Source: Minisyncoccota bacterium (lineage in GTDB: Bacteria; Patescibacteriota; Minisyncoccia; Phycocordibacterales; UBA9973). From it: DNA of 64,000 bases. Below, piece after piece: positions 38,476 to 47,073 of the stretch (its first letter is position 1; each line of letters starts with the position of its first letter). The notes below the pieces were generated by a model. The model was not told where the DNA came from. It worked only from the letters and a program-made list of their open reading frames with translations, and did not search any database. The translations under genes and the position numbers were made by a program. Location of the stretch: contig JAGOUX010000003.1 of NCBI GenBank assembly GCA_018061035.1, positions 3,043 through 67,042 on the forward strand. The letters are read 5' to 3'.

Positions 38476-38549
38476 CCGTCCTTAGCTCAGTTGGTTAGAG
38501 CACAGAGCTTATACCTCTGGGGTCCTTGGTTCGAATCCAAGAGGACGGA
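38476..38549 (+). tRNA. tRNA with anticodon UAU (reads AUA; tRNA-Ile2-like). Verify identity.
   Basis: Manual fold: acceptor CCGTCCT/AGGACGG 7 bp; D-arm GCTC/GAGC; anticodon stem CAGAG/CTCTG with loop CTTATAC; T-arm CTTGG-TTCGAAT-CCAAG; discriminator A. Confidence 0.7.
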
Positions 38550-38649
38550 CACGTACGATATGAATTCGAACAGGAAAGGGGTCGGGAAAACATATGTTTT
38601 CCCGTGAAGGAAGGCTTGGGAGAACCCTGGGTTCCCCAGGTGTGAAGAT

Positions 38650-38666
38650 TCCAAGAGGACGGACAC
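38650..38666 (+). repeat. 17-bp direct repeat of the tRNA 3' end (TCCAAGAGGACGGACAC), 98 bp downstream of the tRNA; att-like scar
   Basis: Exact match to 38536-38552. The intervening ~100 bp holds two hairpins, including the 22-bp palindrome CGGGAAAACATATGTTTTCCCG. Confidence 0.55.
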
Positions 38667-38680
38667 TTTTAAACCAAACT

Positions 38681-38705
38681 AAAAAGCCCCGAATGGGGCT
38701 TTTTA
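38681..38705. terminator. Bidirectional terminator between the tRNA region and doxX
   Basis: A5, stem AGCCCC/GGGGCT with loop GAAT, then T4. Confidence 0.6.
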
Positions 38706-38713
38706 GTTTGGGT

Positions 38714-39208
38714 CTATGCAAGGATTTTGAATCTTTGTACTAGGGCACTGTTGTACCATTTGTTGCCAAAACCAAAATATTTTCCGGAGTTAGATAAGCC
38801 AAGCATCATCATTAGAAATATATAGACAAAATGTTCATCTATAAAAGGATGATTTTCTGGCGGAAGTCCTAAAGCAAGATACATTAAAAACATCATTACT
38901 GCTCCTGCTGTTGCGCCAAGACGCACCATGATACCCAATGTTAATGTTACACCTATAAAAAGCAGACCGAGCATGAAAAGCCAGTCAACCATACCACTTC
39001 CAGCCATGTTGTGAAAGAAAGTAGTCAAAGGTCCATGCACACCATATTGAAGGAATCCCGTAGTAGGAGAGCCTCCAGCGATCCAAGCTTTATCTGGGGT
39101 GGTGGCAAAACCCCAGCCCAATAATTTATCAAAAAACGCCCACAAGAAAACGAGACCCATACTTATTCTCAATATACCAAACGTTGCTTTAAGCTTTGCT
39201 TGCTCCAT
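38714..39208 (-). CDS. DoxX-family membrane protein
   Basis: 164 aa, 4 TM helices, DoxX-like N-terminus (FGILRISMGLVFLWAFFDKL). Confidence 0.65.
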   Translation of the reverse strand: MEQAKLKATFGILRISMGLVFLWAFFDKLLGWGFATTPDKAWIAGGSPTTGFLQYGVHGPLTTFFHNMAGSGMVDWLFMLGLLFIGVTLTLGIMVRLGATAGAVMMFLMYLALGLPPENHPFIDEHFVYIFLMMMLGLSNSGKYFGFGNKWYNSALVQRFKILA

Positions 39209-39376
39209 AATTTTTAATTTGTGTCTTAATGCTAATAATTTTAGTTATCCACTTTACACGAGGTGACCATCCTCATGTATAATAGTTTAGTAGTTGCGAA
39301 ACACTGCAACTATGTCTATATTATACACCCGTTTTGGCTTCGGACAAAGCGTTATTATCAACACATTTTAAAATAC

Positions 39377-39925
39377 ATGGAAAAGTATACTAAGAATTGG
39401 TTTAAGTACATCGTAGGATTTGTCGTTTGCCTTTTAATCAGGCTTATTCCATTTCGTCCCCCGAATATCGAACCAATCTTGGCTACAAATATGCCCTTTT
39501 CAAAGGCCTATGGCCCAATTGCGGGGTTCGGTTTTGCTTTTATGAGTATACTGTTATTTGATATCATTACTGGTCATTATGGAGTGTGGTCCTATCTAGT
39601 CGCGGGCACATACGGCATGCTCGGTTTTGTGGCATATTACTTTTTTAGAGACAGAAAGCCGAAAGTTGTGGATTATGTTTACTTTGCAATCGCGGGCACA
39701 ATAATTTTCGATGCATTTACTGGACTTGCAATAGGGCCTATATTCTTCCATCAAAGCTTTTCAGAGGCATTTCTCGGACAAATACCGTTCACTCTTTGGC
39801 ACCTTCTCGGAAATATTGGATTCGCAGTAACTCTAAGTCCGGCTATGTATGAATTTGTAATTCAGAACGAAAATCTTGAGAGTATTAGGGTTATTAGCAT
39901 GTTTACTAATAAGAAAATTTCATGA
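39377..39925 (+). CDS. ECF-transporter S-component-like membrane protein; putative cobalamin/precursor transporter by context
   Basis: About 6 TM helices. The stop overlaps the nrdJ start (ATGA). It is followed by a B12-dependent RNR and cobA. I chose the ATG at 39377. Confidence 0.45.
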   Translation: MEKYTKNWFKYIVGFVVCLLIRLIPFRPPNIEPILATNMPFSKAYGPIAGFGFAFMSILLFDIITGHYGVWSYLVAGTYGMLGFVAYYFFRDRKPKVVDYVYFAIAGTIIFDAFTGLAIGPIFFHQSFSEAFLGQIPFTLWHLLGNIGFAVTLSPAMYEFVIQNENLESIRVISMFTNKKIS

Positions 39926-42195
39926 ATATTCAAAAAAAATACTCTTCACTGCAAAGGATACAAAAGCGCGATGGCCAGTTTGTACCATTTGACAGTAGTC
40001 GGATCTCACGAGCCATATGGAAAGCGATGGAATCCAGCAAAGAGGGGGATGAGAGCTCTGCTGAGATGGTCACGAAACAAGTCTTACACGCACTCATTGT
40101 TTTGAAGGCCGAGAAAAATCAAAAGGTATTCATTCCTAGTGTTGAGACCATTCAAGATCTAGTTGAAAACGAACTTATTGCAGCAAATTTTATTCAAACT
40201 GCAAAGAATTATATTTTGTATCGCAAAAGTCGTACTGAGATTAGGAAAAAAGTTGGATTTATTCCAGAGAAAGTAAGAGAGCTGGTGGCAAAGAGTAAAA
40301 AATATTTTAGAAATCCATTAGCAGAATTTGTTTACTATAGAACATATGCAAGATGGATAGAAGAAGAAGGTCGTAGGGAGACTTGGATTGAAACAGTCGA
40401 TAGATATATGTCCTTTATGAAAGAAAATCTTGGTTCCAAGCTTACAGCAATGGAATATGTTGAAATTCGTGAAGCAATTCTTAATCAAGAAGTCATGCCT
40501 TCGATGCGCTTGCTTCAATTTGCTGGTAAGGCTGCTCGCAAGACTAATATTTGTGCATATAATTGCTCGTTCATTGCACCTAGAAATTTCCAAGATTTTG
40601 CTGAGATCATGTATATATCTATGTGCGGGACTGGAGTTGGATGGTCTGTCGAAAGTGAGAATATTCAAGCCTTACCACAGATAAAAAAACAAACGGGCAA
40701 GATGATGCCCGTATGCATCATACCTGACAGTAAGGAGGGTTGGGCGGATGCTTTTGCATATGGATTAAAGACTTGGTTTGATGGAAATGATGTGACCTTC
40801 GACTATTCATTGATTAGGCCGGCTGGAAGTATATTGCGCACGATGGGTGGTAAGAGTTCGGGCCCAGGTCCGATCAGAGCCCTGTTGGAATTCAGTCGTG
40901 AAAGAATATTGAGGAAAGAAGGTAGGCATTTAAGCAACATGGATGCACACGATATTATCTGCAAGATTGGAGAGTGCGTGGTTGCCGGAGGGGTGCGTAG
41001 GAGCGCAATGATATCACTTTCAGATCTTGATGATGAAGCGATTAGGGATTCTAAAAAGGGGCATTTTTATAATACAGAAGGCCAAAGAATGCTTGCCAAT
41101 AATTCTGCTGTTTACAACAGCAAACCAAGTACATCGGAATTTCTTGATGAATGGAATGCTTTGGTAAAAAGTGGTAGTGGAGAGAGAGGAATATTTAATC
41201 GCGGTAGCCTTGTGAAGACTCTGCCAAAAAGAAGATTGAAACAATTCTCTAGTGGAGAATTCCCAGCATGGGGTACGAATCCATGCGGTGAAATTATATT
41301 GCAGTCAAAACAATTTTGTAATTTGAGTGAAGTGGTGGCTCGAGCCGAAGACAACGAGGAGTCTCTGCTTCGCAAGGTGCGACTCGCTTCAATCCTGGGT
41401 ACATATCAATCATCTTTAACATATTTCCCATACCTTTCAAGTGAATGGAAGAAAAATTGTGAAAAGGAAAGACTGCTCGGAGTGTCAGTTACAGGGCAAT
41501 GGGATTCAAAATCTGCTAGAGATCCACAAGTTTTAGCTAATTTGAAAGAAATGGCAATAAAGGAGAACAAGAAATACGCAAAGCGTTTTGGTATACCGCA
41601 ATCAACATGTATCACCTGCGTGAAGCCTTCTGGTACTGTGTCGCAGACTGTTGATTGTGCTTCCGGTATGCATCCCCGACATGCGCCGTATTATATTCGA
41701 CGTATTCGCATTTCTGCTACAGATGCACTTTTCAAAATGCTCAAAGATCAAGGCGTACCGTATTATCCAGAAGTAGGACAGACAATGGAAAATGCCACAA
41801 CATTTGTTTTGGAATTTCCAGTGAAAGCCCCAGAAGGAGCGATATGCAAAGATGATATTTCTGCAATTGATCAATTGGAACATTGGAAGATAGTAAAGAT
41901 GCATTTTACTGAACATAACCCTTCAGTTACGGTGTCGGTGGGTGAAGACGAATGGATAAAAGTTGCAAACTGGGTTTATGAAAACTGGGACCTTGTCGGT
42001 GGGCTTTCATTTTTGCCACGTAGTAATCATGTGTACCAGCTTGCTCCGTACGAGACCATAACCAAAGAAAGATATGATGATATGAAAAAGAAAGTTGTTG
42101 ATCTGGATTTTTCAAAGATAGTTACATATGAAAAGGTCGATGAGGGAGACATAAAGAAAGAGCTTGCTTGTGTCGGTGGGCTCTGTGAAATATAG
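39922..42195 (+). CDS. nrdJ: Ribonucleoside-triphosphate/diphosphate reductase, class II (adenosylcobalamin-dependent)
   Basis: N-terminal ATP-cone (VPFDSSRISRAIWKAM). Class II signatures GTNPCGEI and CNLSEV. 757 aa. Confidence 0.9.
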   Translation: MNIQKKYSSLQRIQKRDGQFVPFDSSRISRAIWKAMESSKEGDESSAEMVTKQVLHALIVLKAEKNQKVFIPSVETIQDLVENELIAANFIQTAKNYILYRKSRTEIRKKVGFIPEKVRELVAKSKKYFRNPLAEFVYYRTYARWIEEEGRRETWIETVDRYMSFMKENLGSKLTAMEYVEIREAILNQEVMPSMRLLQFAGKAARKTNICAYNCSFIAPRNFQDFAEIMYISMCGTGVGWSVESENIQALPQIKKQTGKMMPVCIIPDSKEGWADAFAYGLKTWFDGNDVTFDYSLIRPAGSILRTMGGKSSGPGPIRALLEFSRERILRKEGRHLSNMDAHDIICKIGECVVAGGVRRSAMISLSDLDDEAIRDSKKGHFYNTEGQRMLANNSAVYNSKPSTSEFLDEWNALVKSGSGERGIFNRGSLVKTLPKRRLKQFSSGEFPAWGTNPCGEIILQSKQFCNLSEVVARAEDNEESLLRKVRLASILGTYQSSLTYFPYLSSEWKKNCEKERLLGVSVTGQWDSKSARDPQVLANLKEMAIKENKKYAKRFGIPQSTCITCVKPSGTVSQTVDCASGMHPRHAPYYIRRIRISATDALFKMLKDQGVPYYPEVGQTMENATTFVLEFPVKAPEGAICKDDISAIDQLEHWKIVKMHFTEHNPSVTVSVGEDEWIKVANWVYENWDLVGGLSFLPRSNHVYQLAPYETITKERYDDMKKKVVDLDFSKIVTYEKVDEGDIKKELACVGGLCEI

Positions 42196-42196
42196 T

Positions 42197-42718
42197 ATGC
42201 TTCTCGCATTTACAGGCGATGGTAAGGGTAAGACAACAGCAGCGCTCGGTAATGCATTGAGATTATTGGGATCAGGGAAACGCGCGGTTATGATCCAATT
42301 CATCAAAGGACCATGGGAATCAGGTGAACATGTGTCTTCTCTTCGTCTCGCACCAGATTTCAAGATAATCAAGACTGGTAAAGGATTTGTTCACATACTC
42401 GGAGATGATCGTCCGTTTGAGGAGCATCAAGATGCAGCCATGAAAGGTCTCGAGGTAGCAAGAGAGGAAATCAAAGGGGGTAAATACCACCTACTAATAT
42501 TGGACGAGGTTCATAATGCGGTAGCACTTGACCTAATACCATTATCCCAGCTCCTCATTTTCCTAGACTATGCCAAGGATAAAGTTGAGTATGTCATAAC
42601 CACAGGAAGAGACGTACCCAAGGAGATTATTGAGCGAGCTGATCTGGTGACAGAGGTTAGAAATATCAAACATCCATTCGACAAGGGTGTGATGGCTACC
42701 AAAGGGTTAGATTTTTAA
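42197..42718 (+). CDS. cobA: Cob(I)alamin adenosyltransferase (CobA/BtuR/CobO family)
   Basis: P-loop FTGDGKGKTTAALG and HLLILDEV. I chose the ATG at 42197, just after the nrdJ stop. Confidence 0.8.
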   Translation: MLLAFTGDGKGKTTAALGNALRLLGSGKRAVMIQFIKGPWESGEHVSSLRLAPDFKIIKTGKGFVHILGDDRPFEEHQDAAMKGLEVAREEIKGGKYHLLILDEVHNAVALDLIPLSQLLIFLDYAKDKVEYVITTGRDVPKEIIERADLVTEVRNIKHPFDKGVMATKGLDF

Positions 42719-42719
42719 T

Positions 42720-42743
42720 CTTGTTGCATTTTTTTGCAACTTG
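42720..42743. promoter_or_regulatory. Imperfect inverted repeat CTTGTTGCA-T7-GCAACTTG just upstream of the arsR-family gene; putative operator
   Basis: Read directly. ArsR/SmtB operators are typically imperfect inverted repeats overlapping their own promoter. Confidence 0.35.
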
Positions 42744-42758
42744 TCACATACTTTCTCT

Positions 42759-43076
42759 ATGGTAAAAAGTCTAAAAATAAAACGTCCACTACCGCGTTCT
42801 GCATACGAGAAGAACGCTCGTACATATAAGATACTTTCTAATTCCAAAAGACTAGAAATTCTGAACCTACTCAGAGAGCAGGAGATGCCAGTAGAGACAC
42901 TTGTGAAGGAATTGGGAATCAGCAAAGCCAATGTCTCTCAGCATTTAGCGCTTTTGCGTCATGCTCGACTTGTGACTGTACATCGCGTAGGATTGAATGC
43001 TTTTTATAATATTATTGATCCACGCATTGTGGAGCCATGTCGGATTTTACACAAATTAGCAATCGGAGCTAAATAA
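42759..43076 (+). CDS. ArsR/SmtB-family metalloregulator (HTH)
   Basis: LEILNLLREQEMPVETLVKELGISKANVSQHLALLRHARLV. I prefer the ATG at 42759; the track ORF starts at a TTG at 42741. Confidence 0.75.
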   Translation: MVKSLKIKRPLPRSAYEKNARTYKILSNSKRLEILNLLREQEMPVETLVKELGISKANVSQHLALLRHARLVTVHRVGLNAFYNIIDPRIVEPCRILHKLAIGAK

Positions 43077-43079
43077 AAT

Positions 43080-43781
43080 TTATACCAAGGTGGGGGATTT
43101 TGTTCGGTGTTCTTTTTTGTGCAAAATTAAATCGAGTACCGTCTTGCATATAATTAATACCACAAAAGCAGCAGCCTTAAATCCTAAAAGTTGAGTTGCG
43201 ATACCTCCTAAAATAATTGAGACATGCATCACAAGGACTCTGGGGTAAGGTGCATACATTTGCCGGCTTATGGTGGTGTTTAGGTATTCCTTTTGTCCAA
43301 TAAAGTTTGAGAAAAAAGATATAGTATGGCTAATAAATAATGATATTAATCCTCCTGATATTGAATAAAGCAATGCAATAAAGAACTGAATTGGTGGGAA
43401 AAGTTCGCCACCAGTCATTTCGGGAATGTTTCCAAAAACTCCATTGATAAATGCTAAATGTGCCACCAGAAAGACTCCAAAGTGGATTATAAAAAATATA
43501 GTATCGAAAATACCCAAGCCCAGAGCTAGGTATTTAGGATAGCTGACATCTAAATTCGATATAATTTCAGTTGGTTTGTCGGATATTACAGCTAGACCCT
43601 TTCTGTAAATACTAACGATAAGCATTTTGGGAATATTATAGAAACCGATGACTCCACTTTCTGCCCAGTATAATAAGAATATTTGAAATATGCTCCAGTC
43701 CCAAAATAATACTCCAGCCAAAGGCACTAAGTTGGCAATTATCAGAGATATGGTCGATATATTTTTTGAATTTTTCTGCAT
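43080..43781 (-). CDS. Hypothetical polytopic membrane protein
   Basis: 233 aa with multiple hydrophobic helices and no recognisable motif. Confidence 0.45.
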   Translation of the reverse strand: MQKNSKNISTISLIIANLVPLAGVLFWDWSIFQIFLLYWAESGVIGFYNIPKMLIVSIYRKGLAVISDKPTEIISNLDVSYPKYLALGLGIFDTIFFIIHFGVFLVAHLAFINGVFGNIPEMTGGELFPPIQFFIALLYSISGGLISLFISHTISFFSNFIGQKEYLNTTISRQMYAPYPRVLVMHVSIILGGIATQLLGFKAAAFVVLIICKTVLDLILHKKEHRTKSPTLV

Positions 43782-43813
43782 AATAAAACTTTATTTATGA
43801 TAGCATATAAATC

Positions 43814-45976
43814 TTATTCAAAATGAAATTCTCCTGCTTTTTGTTTTACCTTTTCCTTTAGTAGGGGATATTGATGTAGCTCTGGGTCAGATTCGATCAA
43901 TCTCACAGCTTCGGTGCGAGCAGCTTCCACCATCTTGATGTTTTTTATTGCCTCCATTCCGAGGTCGGTTATGCCCCATTGTTTGGTTCCGCCGAGTTCA
44001 CCTGCACCCCTTAAACCCAAATCTAGTTCAGCAAGCTCGAATCCATTCTTTGCGGTTTTGAGAGCCTTCAATCTGTCCATAGTTTTTTCATTTTTGGCTT
44101 CGGCAAAGATATAGCAGTATGCCTGATGAGAGCTTCGAATTACTCGTCCTCGTAATTGGTGAAGCTGAGCAAGACCGAAACGCTCTGCACCTTCAATGAT
44201 TATGATGGTGGCATTCGGCACATTTACTCCTACTTCAACTACCGAGGTAGCACAGAGAATATCTATCGAACCATTGGTAAATTCTTCCATTACAGATTCT
44301 TTTTTCTCTTTGCTCATTTTGCTATGAAGGACGCCAATTTCATATTCTTTAAAAATTTCCTTCTTTAGTCTTTTGGCTTCTTCAACCGCTGATTTCACAT
44401 TGAGGGCTGCTTCTTTTTCTGGGTCCGCTTCAAAAATGCGAGGGCAGATCACATAGAGCTGGCGACCAGCCTCTAATTCTTTTCTAATTTCTTCGTATGT
44501 TTCATTTCTCTTGTTCGGCGTTATGATTTCTGTGATAATAGGCTTTCTGCCGGCTGGCATTTCTTCTAGTAGCGACAGGTCTAAGTCTCCGTATATAGTG
44601 AGGGCTAATGTGCGTGGGATTGGAGTGGCTGTCATAGATAGCAGGTGAGGAGCAATGTTGTCTTTGCGGACAAGCTTGCGACGTTGAGCAGTTCCAAATC
44701 GATGTTGTTCATCTATCACTACTAAAGCCAAGTTTTTAAATTTTACAGTTTTCTGTATGAGTGCATGGGTACCAATCAGAATCGGAATCTCACCATTTGC
44801 TACCCATTTAAGTAGTTGAGCTCTAGAAATATCGGTCCAACCTCCTGGATTTACTTTAGAAGGGAACTTCCTACATCCACTCCCAGTAATGAGTCCTATA
44901 TTTATCGGTAAATGTTTGAAATATTTTATGAAAGATTCGAAGTGCTGAGCTGCCAGGATTTCAGTTGGGGCCATGTATGCTGTTTGGAGATTACCGAAAC
45001 TTTGTCCATTTGGTCGCTCGTTTTGTGCCACATATGCGGCAGTGGCGGCGACTGCTGTTTTTCCTGACCCGACATCTCCCTCAAGTAGTCTCGACATTGG
45101 GTATGTCCTCTTCATGTCTGAGAGTATGGTATTAATAGAAGTTATTTGAGATTTGGTGGGAGTGAAAGGAAATCGGCTGAGAAACGCATTTACATCTTCC
45201 TTCTTTGGGTCTATGGTGAAGCTTTTGTTTTTCTTATACTCAAATTTATCATGCTGACGCTCGAGCTGGATGCAGAACACTTCTTCAAAAGCGAACCTCT
45301 TTTTTGCAGATTCACGGTCGTTTTTGTTTTTCGGTTTGTGGATCCAGATTAAGGCTGTTTTGAGTGTTGGTAGATTGTACTTTTTTAGAATATCTTCTGG
45401 GATGTAATCGTGGACATCATCGAGAGTTTTTTCTCGAAGTATTTTTTCTATCGCATGATAGAACCATTTGGATGTGATGCCCTTGGTCTCTGAGTATACA
45501 GGGTAGGAGAAGCCGGCATTCGACACGCCATCTTTCGCAAATAGAGTGTCATGAGAATCAATAGGCATGTCTGGCATTTTTTCGAATTCTGGATTTGCAA
45601 GGTAGAGGCCGTACTTACCAAGCGTTGCTTTTCCAGTCATCTTTACATTTTCACCATCCTTTATCATTTTGGCGAGATAGGCTTGATTGAACCATGTGAT
45701 TTTGATTTTGCCCGAGAGGTCTTCTATCGTGCCTTCTGCCATAGGTATTTTAGATTTGAAGCCTTTCTTTGTTTTTAGTCCAGAAACTTTTCCATACACT
45801 GTGGCCATATCTCCGATTGTGAGGTCGGCAATACGTTTCACTTCACTAATATCGCTGTACCGTACTGGAAAATGGAAGAGTAGATCTGCCACAGAGAAAA
45901 TCTTGAGTTTAGCGAGCGCCTTTTTCTGATCTGTGTCTAAGCGAAATTTTGTCTCTAGTTTGTCGTTAAGTTGCAT
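43814..45976 (-). CDS. recG: ATP-dependent DNA helicase RecG
   Basis: Wedge domain plus SF2 motifs (DVGSGKT, DEQHRFG, QLRGRVIRS). 720 aa. Confidence 0.92.
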   Translation of the reverse strand: MQLNDKLETKFRLDTDQKKALAKLKIFSVADLLFHFPVRYSDISEVKRIADLTIGDMATVYGKVSGLKTKKGFKSKIPMAEGTIEDLSGKIKITWFNQAYLAKMIKDGENVKMTGKATLGKYGLYLANPEFEKMPDMPIDSHDTLFAKDGVSNAGFSYPVYSETKGITSKWFYHAIEKILREKTLDDVHDYIPEDILKKYNLPTLKTALIWIHKPKNKNDRESAKKRFAFEEVFCIQLERQHDKFEYKKNKSFTIDPKKEDVNAFLSRFPFTPTKSQITSINTILSDMKRTYPMSRLLEGDVGSGKTAVAATAAYVAQNERPNGQSFGNLQTAYMAPTEILAAQHFESFIKYFKHLPINIGLITGSGCRKFPSKVNPGGWTDISRAQLLKWVANGEIPILIGTHALIQKTVKFKNLALVVIDEQHRFGTAQRRKLVRKDNIAPHLLSMTATPIPRTLALTIYGDLDLSLLEEMPAGRKPIITEIITPNKRNETYEEIRKELEAGRQLYVICPRIFEADPEKEAALNVKSAVEEAKRLKKEIFKEYEIGVLHSKMSKEKKESVMEEFTNGSIDILCATSVVEVGVNVPNATIIIIEGAERFGLAQLHQLRGRVIRSSHQAYCYIFAEAKNEKTMDRLKALKTAKNGFELAELDLGLRGAGELGGTKQWGITDLGMEAIKNIKMVEAARTEAVRLIESDPELHQYPLLKEKVKQKAGEFHFE

Positions 45977-46014
45977 TAATATAGATTATATGAATTTTTA
46001 AACATATTTCATAG

Positions 46015-46447
46015 TCAAGTAGTGAAGCCGCCGTCCCGAAGGGGACGGCGGCTAAGCGATTTCTTGTGGTATCGTTTGATCGTATATGCAATGGCCCAGA
46101 AGCCTACATCTGCGATAAAACCACCCACCATGGTTCCTACGACGACTCCAAACATGATTGAGCCGGCGTACAGTAGAGTCGGGCGGAGCAGGAGTGTGTC
46201 TAGCAACTCTGCTCCGAGCAACTCTTTGCACACTAGTTTGAGGGCACTAAATAAACCCCCGCCCTGTATGCCACTCTCGTAAGACGAGAATGATCCATGT
46301 GGGGATGCTATCTGCAACCGTCATAATGATAGTGCCGACAGTCGTACCCACACAAAGAGCCGAAGTGATCAAGCTTACGGCAAAGCTGATCACGTTTGTT
46401 CCAAGTTCTATTTGCACGATTGGGTTTTTGAGGACTTGTTTGATCAT
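46015..46447 (-). pseudogene. Membrane protein gene split into two overlapping frames at a G5/C5 homopolymer (46256-46260); frameshifted or slippage-prone
   Basis: ORFs 46247..46447 and 46015..46317 on the minus strand both read through the GGGGG tract. Fused, they would encode a ~165-aa protein with hydrophobic helices. Confidence 0.4.
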
Positions 46448-46540
46448 GTCCCACCCATCCCTTCATTTTGATTGTTGATGTGTGCCGTTTGGGTATTTCG
46501 TATAAATTATAGCACTTTAAATTTGTGATATAATAGGGTC

Positions 46541-46789
46541 ATGACTACTATCATGCAATCAGAGACTTTTTTCTTTATTTCCTCAATTGGGTTTGTGTTA
46601 TTGTGGGTTCTTGTGGCAATATTTCTTTTTTACCTTATCAAGGCGACGCGCATATTTGAGCGAATGCTTGGAAAGGTGGAGAAGGACGTCGATGATATTG
46701 GAGATACGACCAAGGAAATGTTAGAAGACTTGAGAGACAGTACATTATTCAGCTTCTTCCTTAAGAAGAAGAAACGTAAACAAAAATAA
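46541..46789 (+). CDS. Hypothetical small membrane protein (82 aa)
   Basis: One TM helix, then a charged tail. Confidence 0.4.
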   Translation: MTTIMQSETFFFISSIGFVLLWVLVAIFLFYLIKATRIFERMLGKVEKDVDDIGDTTKEMLEDLRDSTLFSFFLKKKKRKQK

Positions 46790-46793
46790 AAAT

Positions 46794-47057
46794 ATGAAAA
46801 CAAACAAAAAGGGTATTTCTAAGGGCAAGTTAGTCGGGATGGCAGCTGGTTTGGTGGCAGTAGGTGCTGGCGCATACTATTTTGCAGGTCCAAACGGTAA
46901 GAAAAATCAAAAAAAGGTCAAGGTGTTAGCTGGAAAAATTAAAAAGGAGGGCGGTAAAGCGCTAGCAAAAGCAAAGAAGGATTTCGGAGTTGTCAAAAAT
47001 AAAGCCAAGGTTATGGAAAAACTCGCGATAAAAACTCTCAAGGATTTGAACAAATAA
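46794..47057 (+). CDS. Hypothetical Lys-rich small protein (87 aa) with one TM-like segment
   Basis: ORF only. Confidence 0.35.
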   Translation: MKTNKKGISKGKLVGMAAGLVAVGAGAYYFAGPNGKKNQKKVKVLAGKIKKEGGKALAKAKKDFGVVKNKAKVMEKLAIKTLKDLNK

Positions 47058-47073
47058 TTTTTTTGATGTTTGT

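Noticed and set aside
39209-39376. Cobalamin riboswitch upstream of the S-component/nrdJ/cobA module
   Set aside because: No B12-box (GCCACTG-like) is present, and the leader is shorter than the ~200-nt aptamer. Only a small hairpin (GTTGC...GCAAC) is there.
46023-46050. GC-rich 11-bp-stem hairpin as a rho-independent terminator for recG-upstream transcription
   Set aside because: No U-tract follows on either strand. It lies inside the 3' coding end of the minus-strand membrane ORF. I mention it under the frameshift finding instead.
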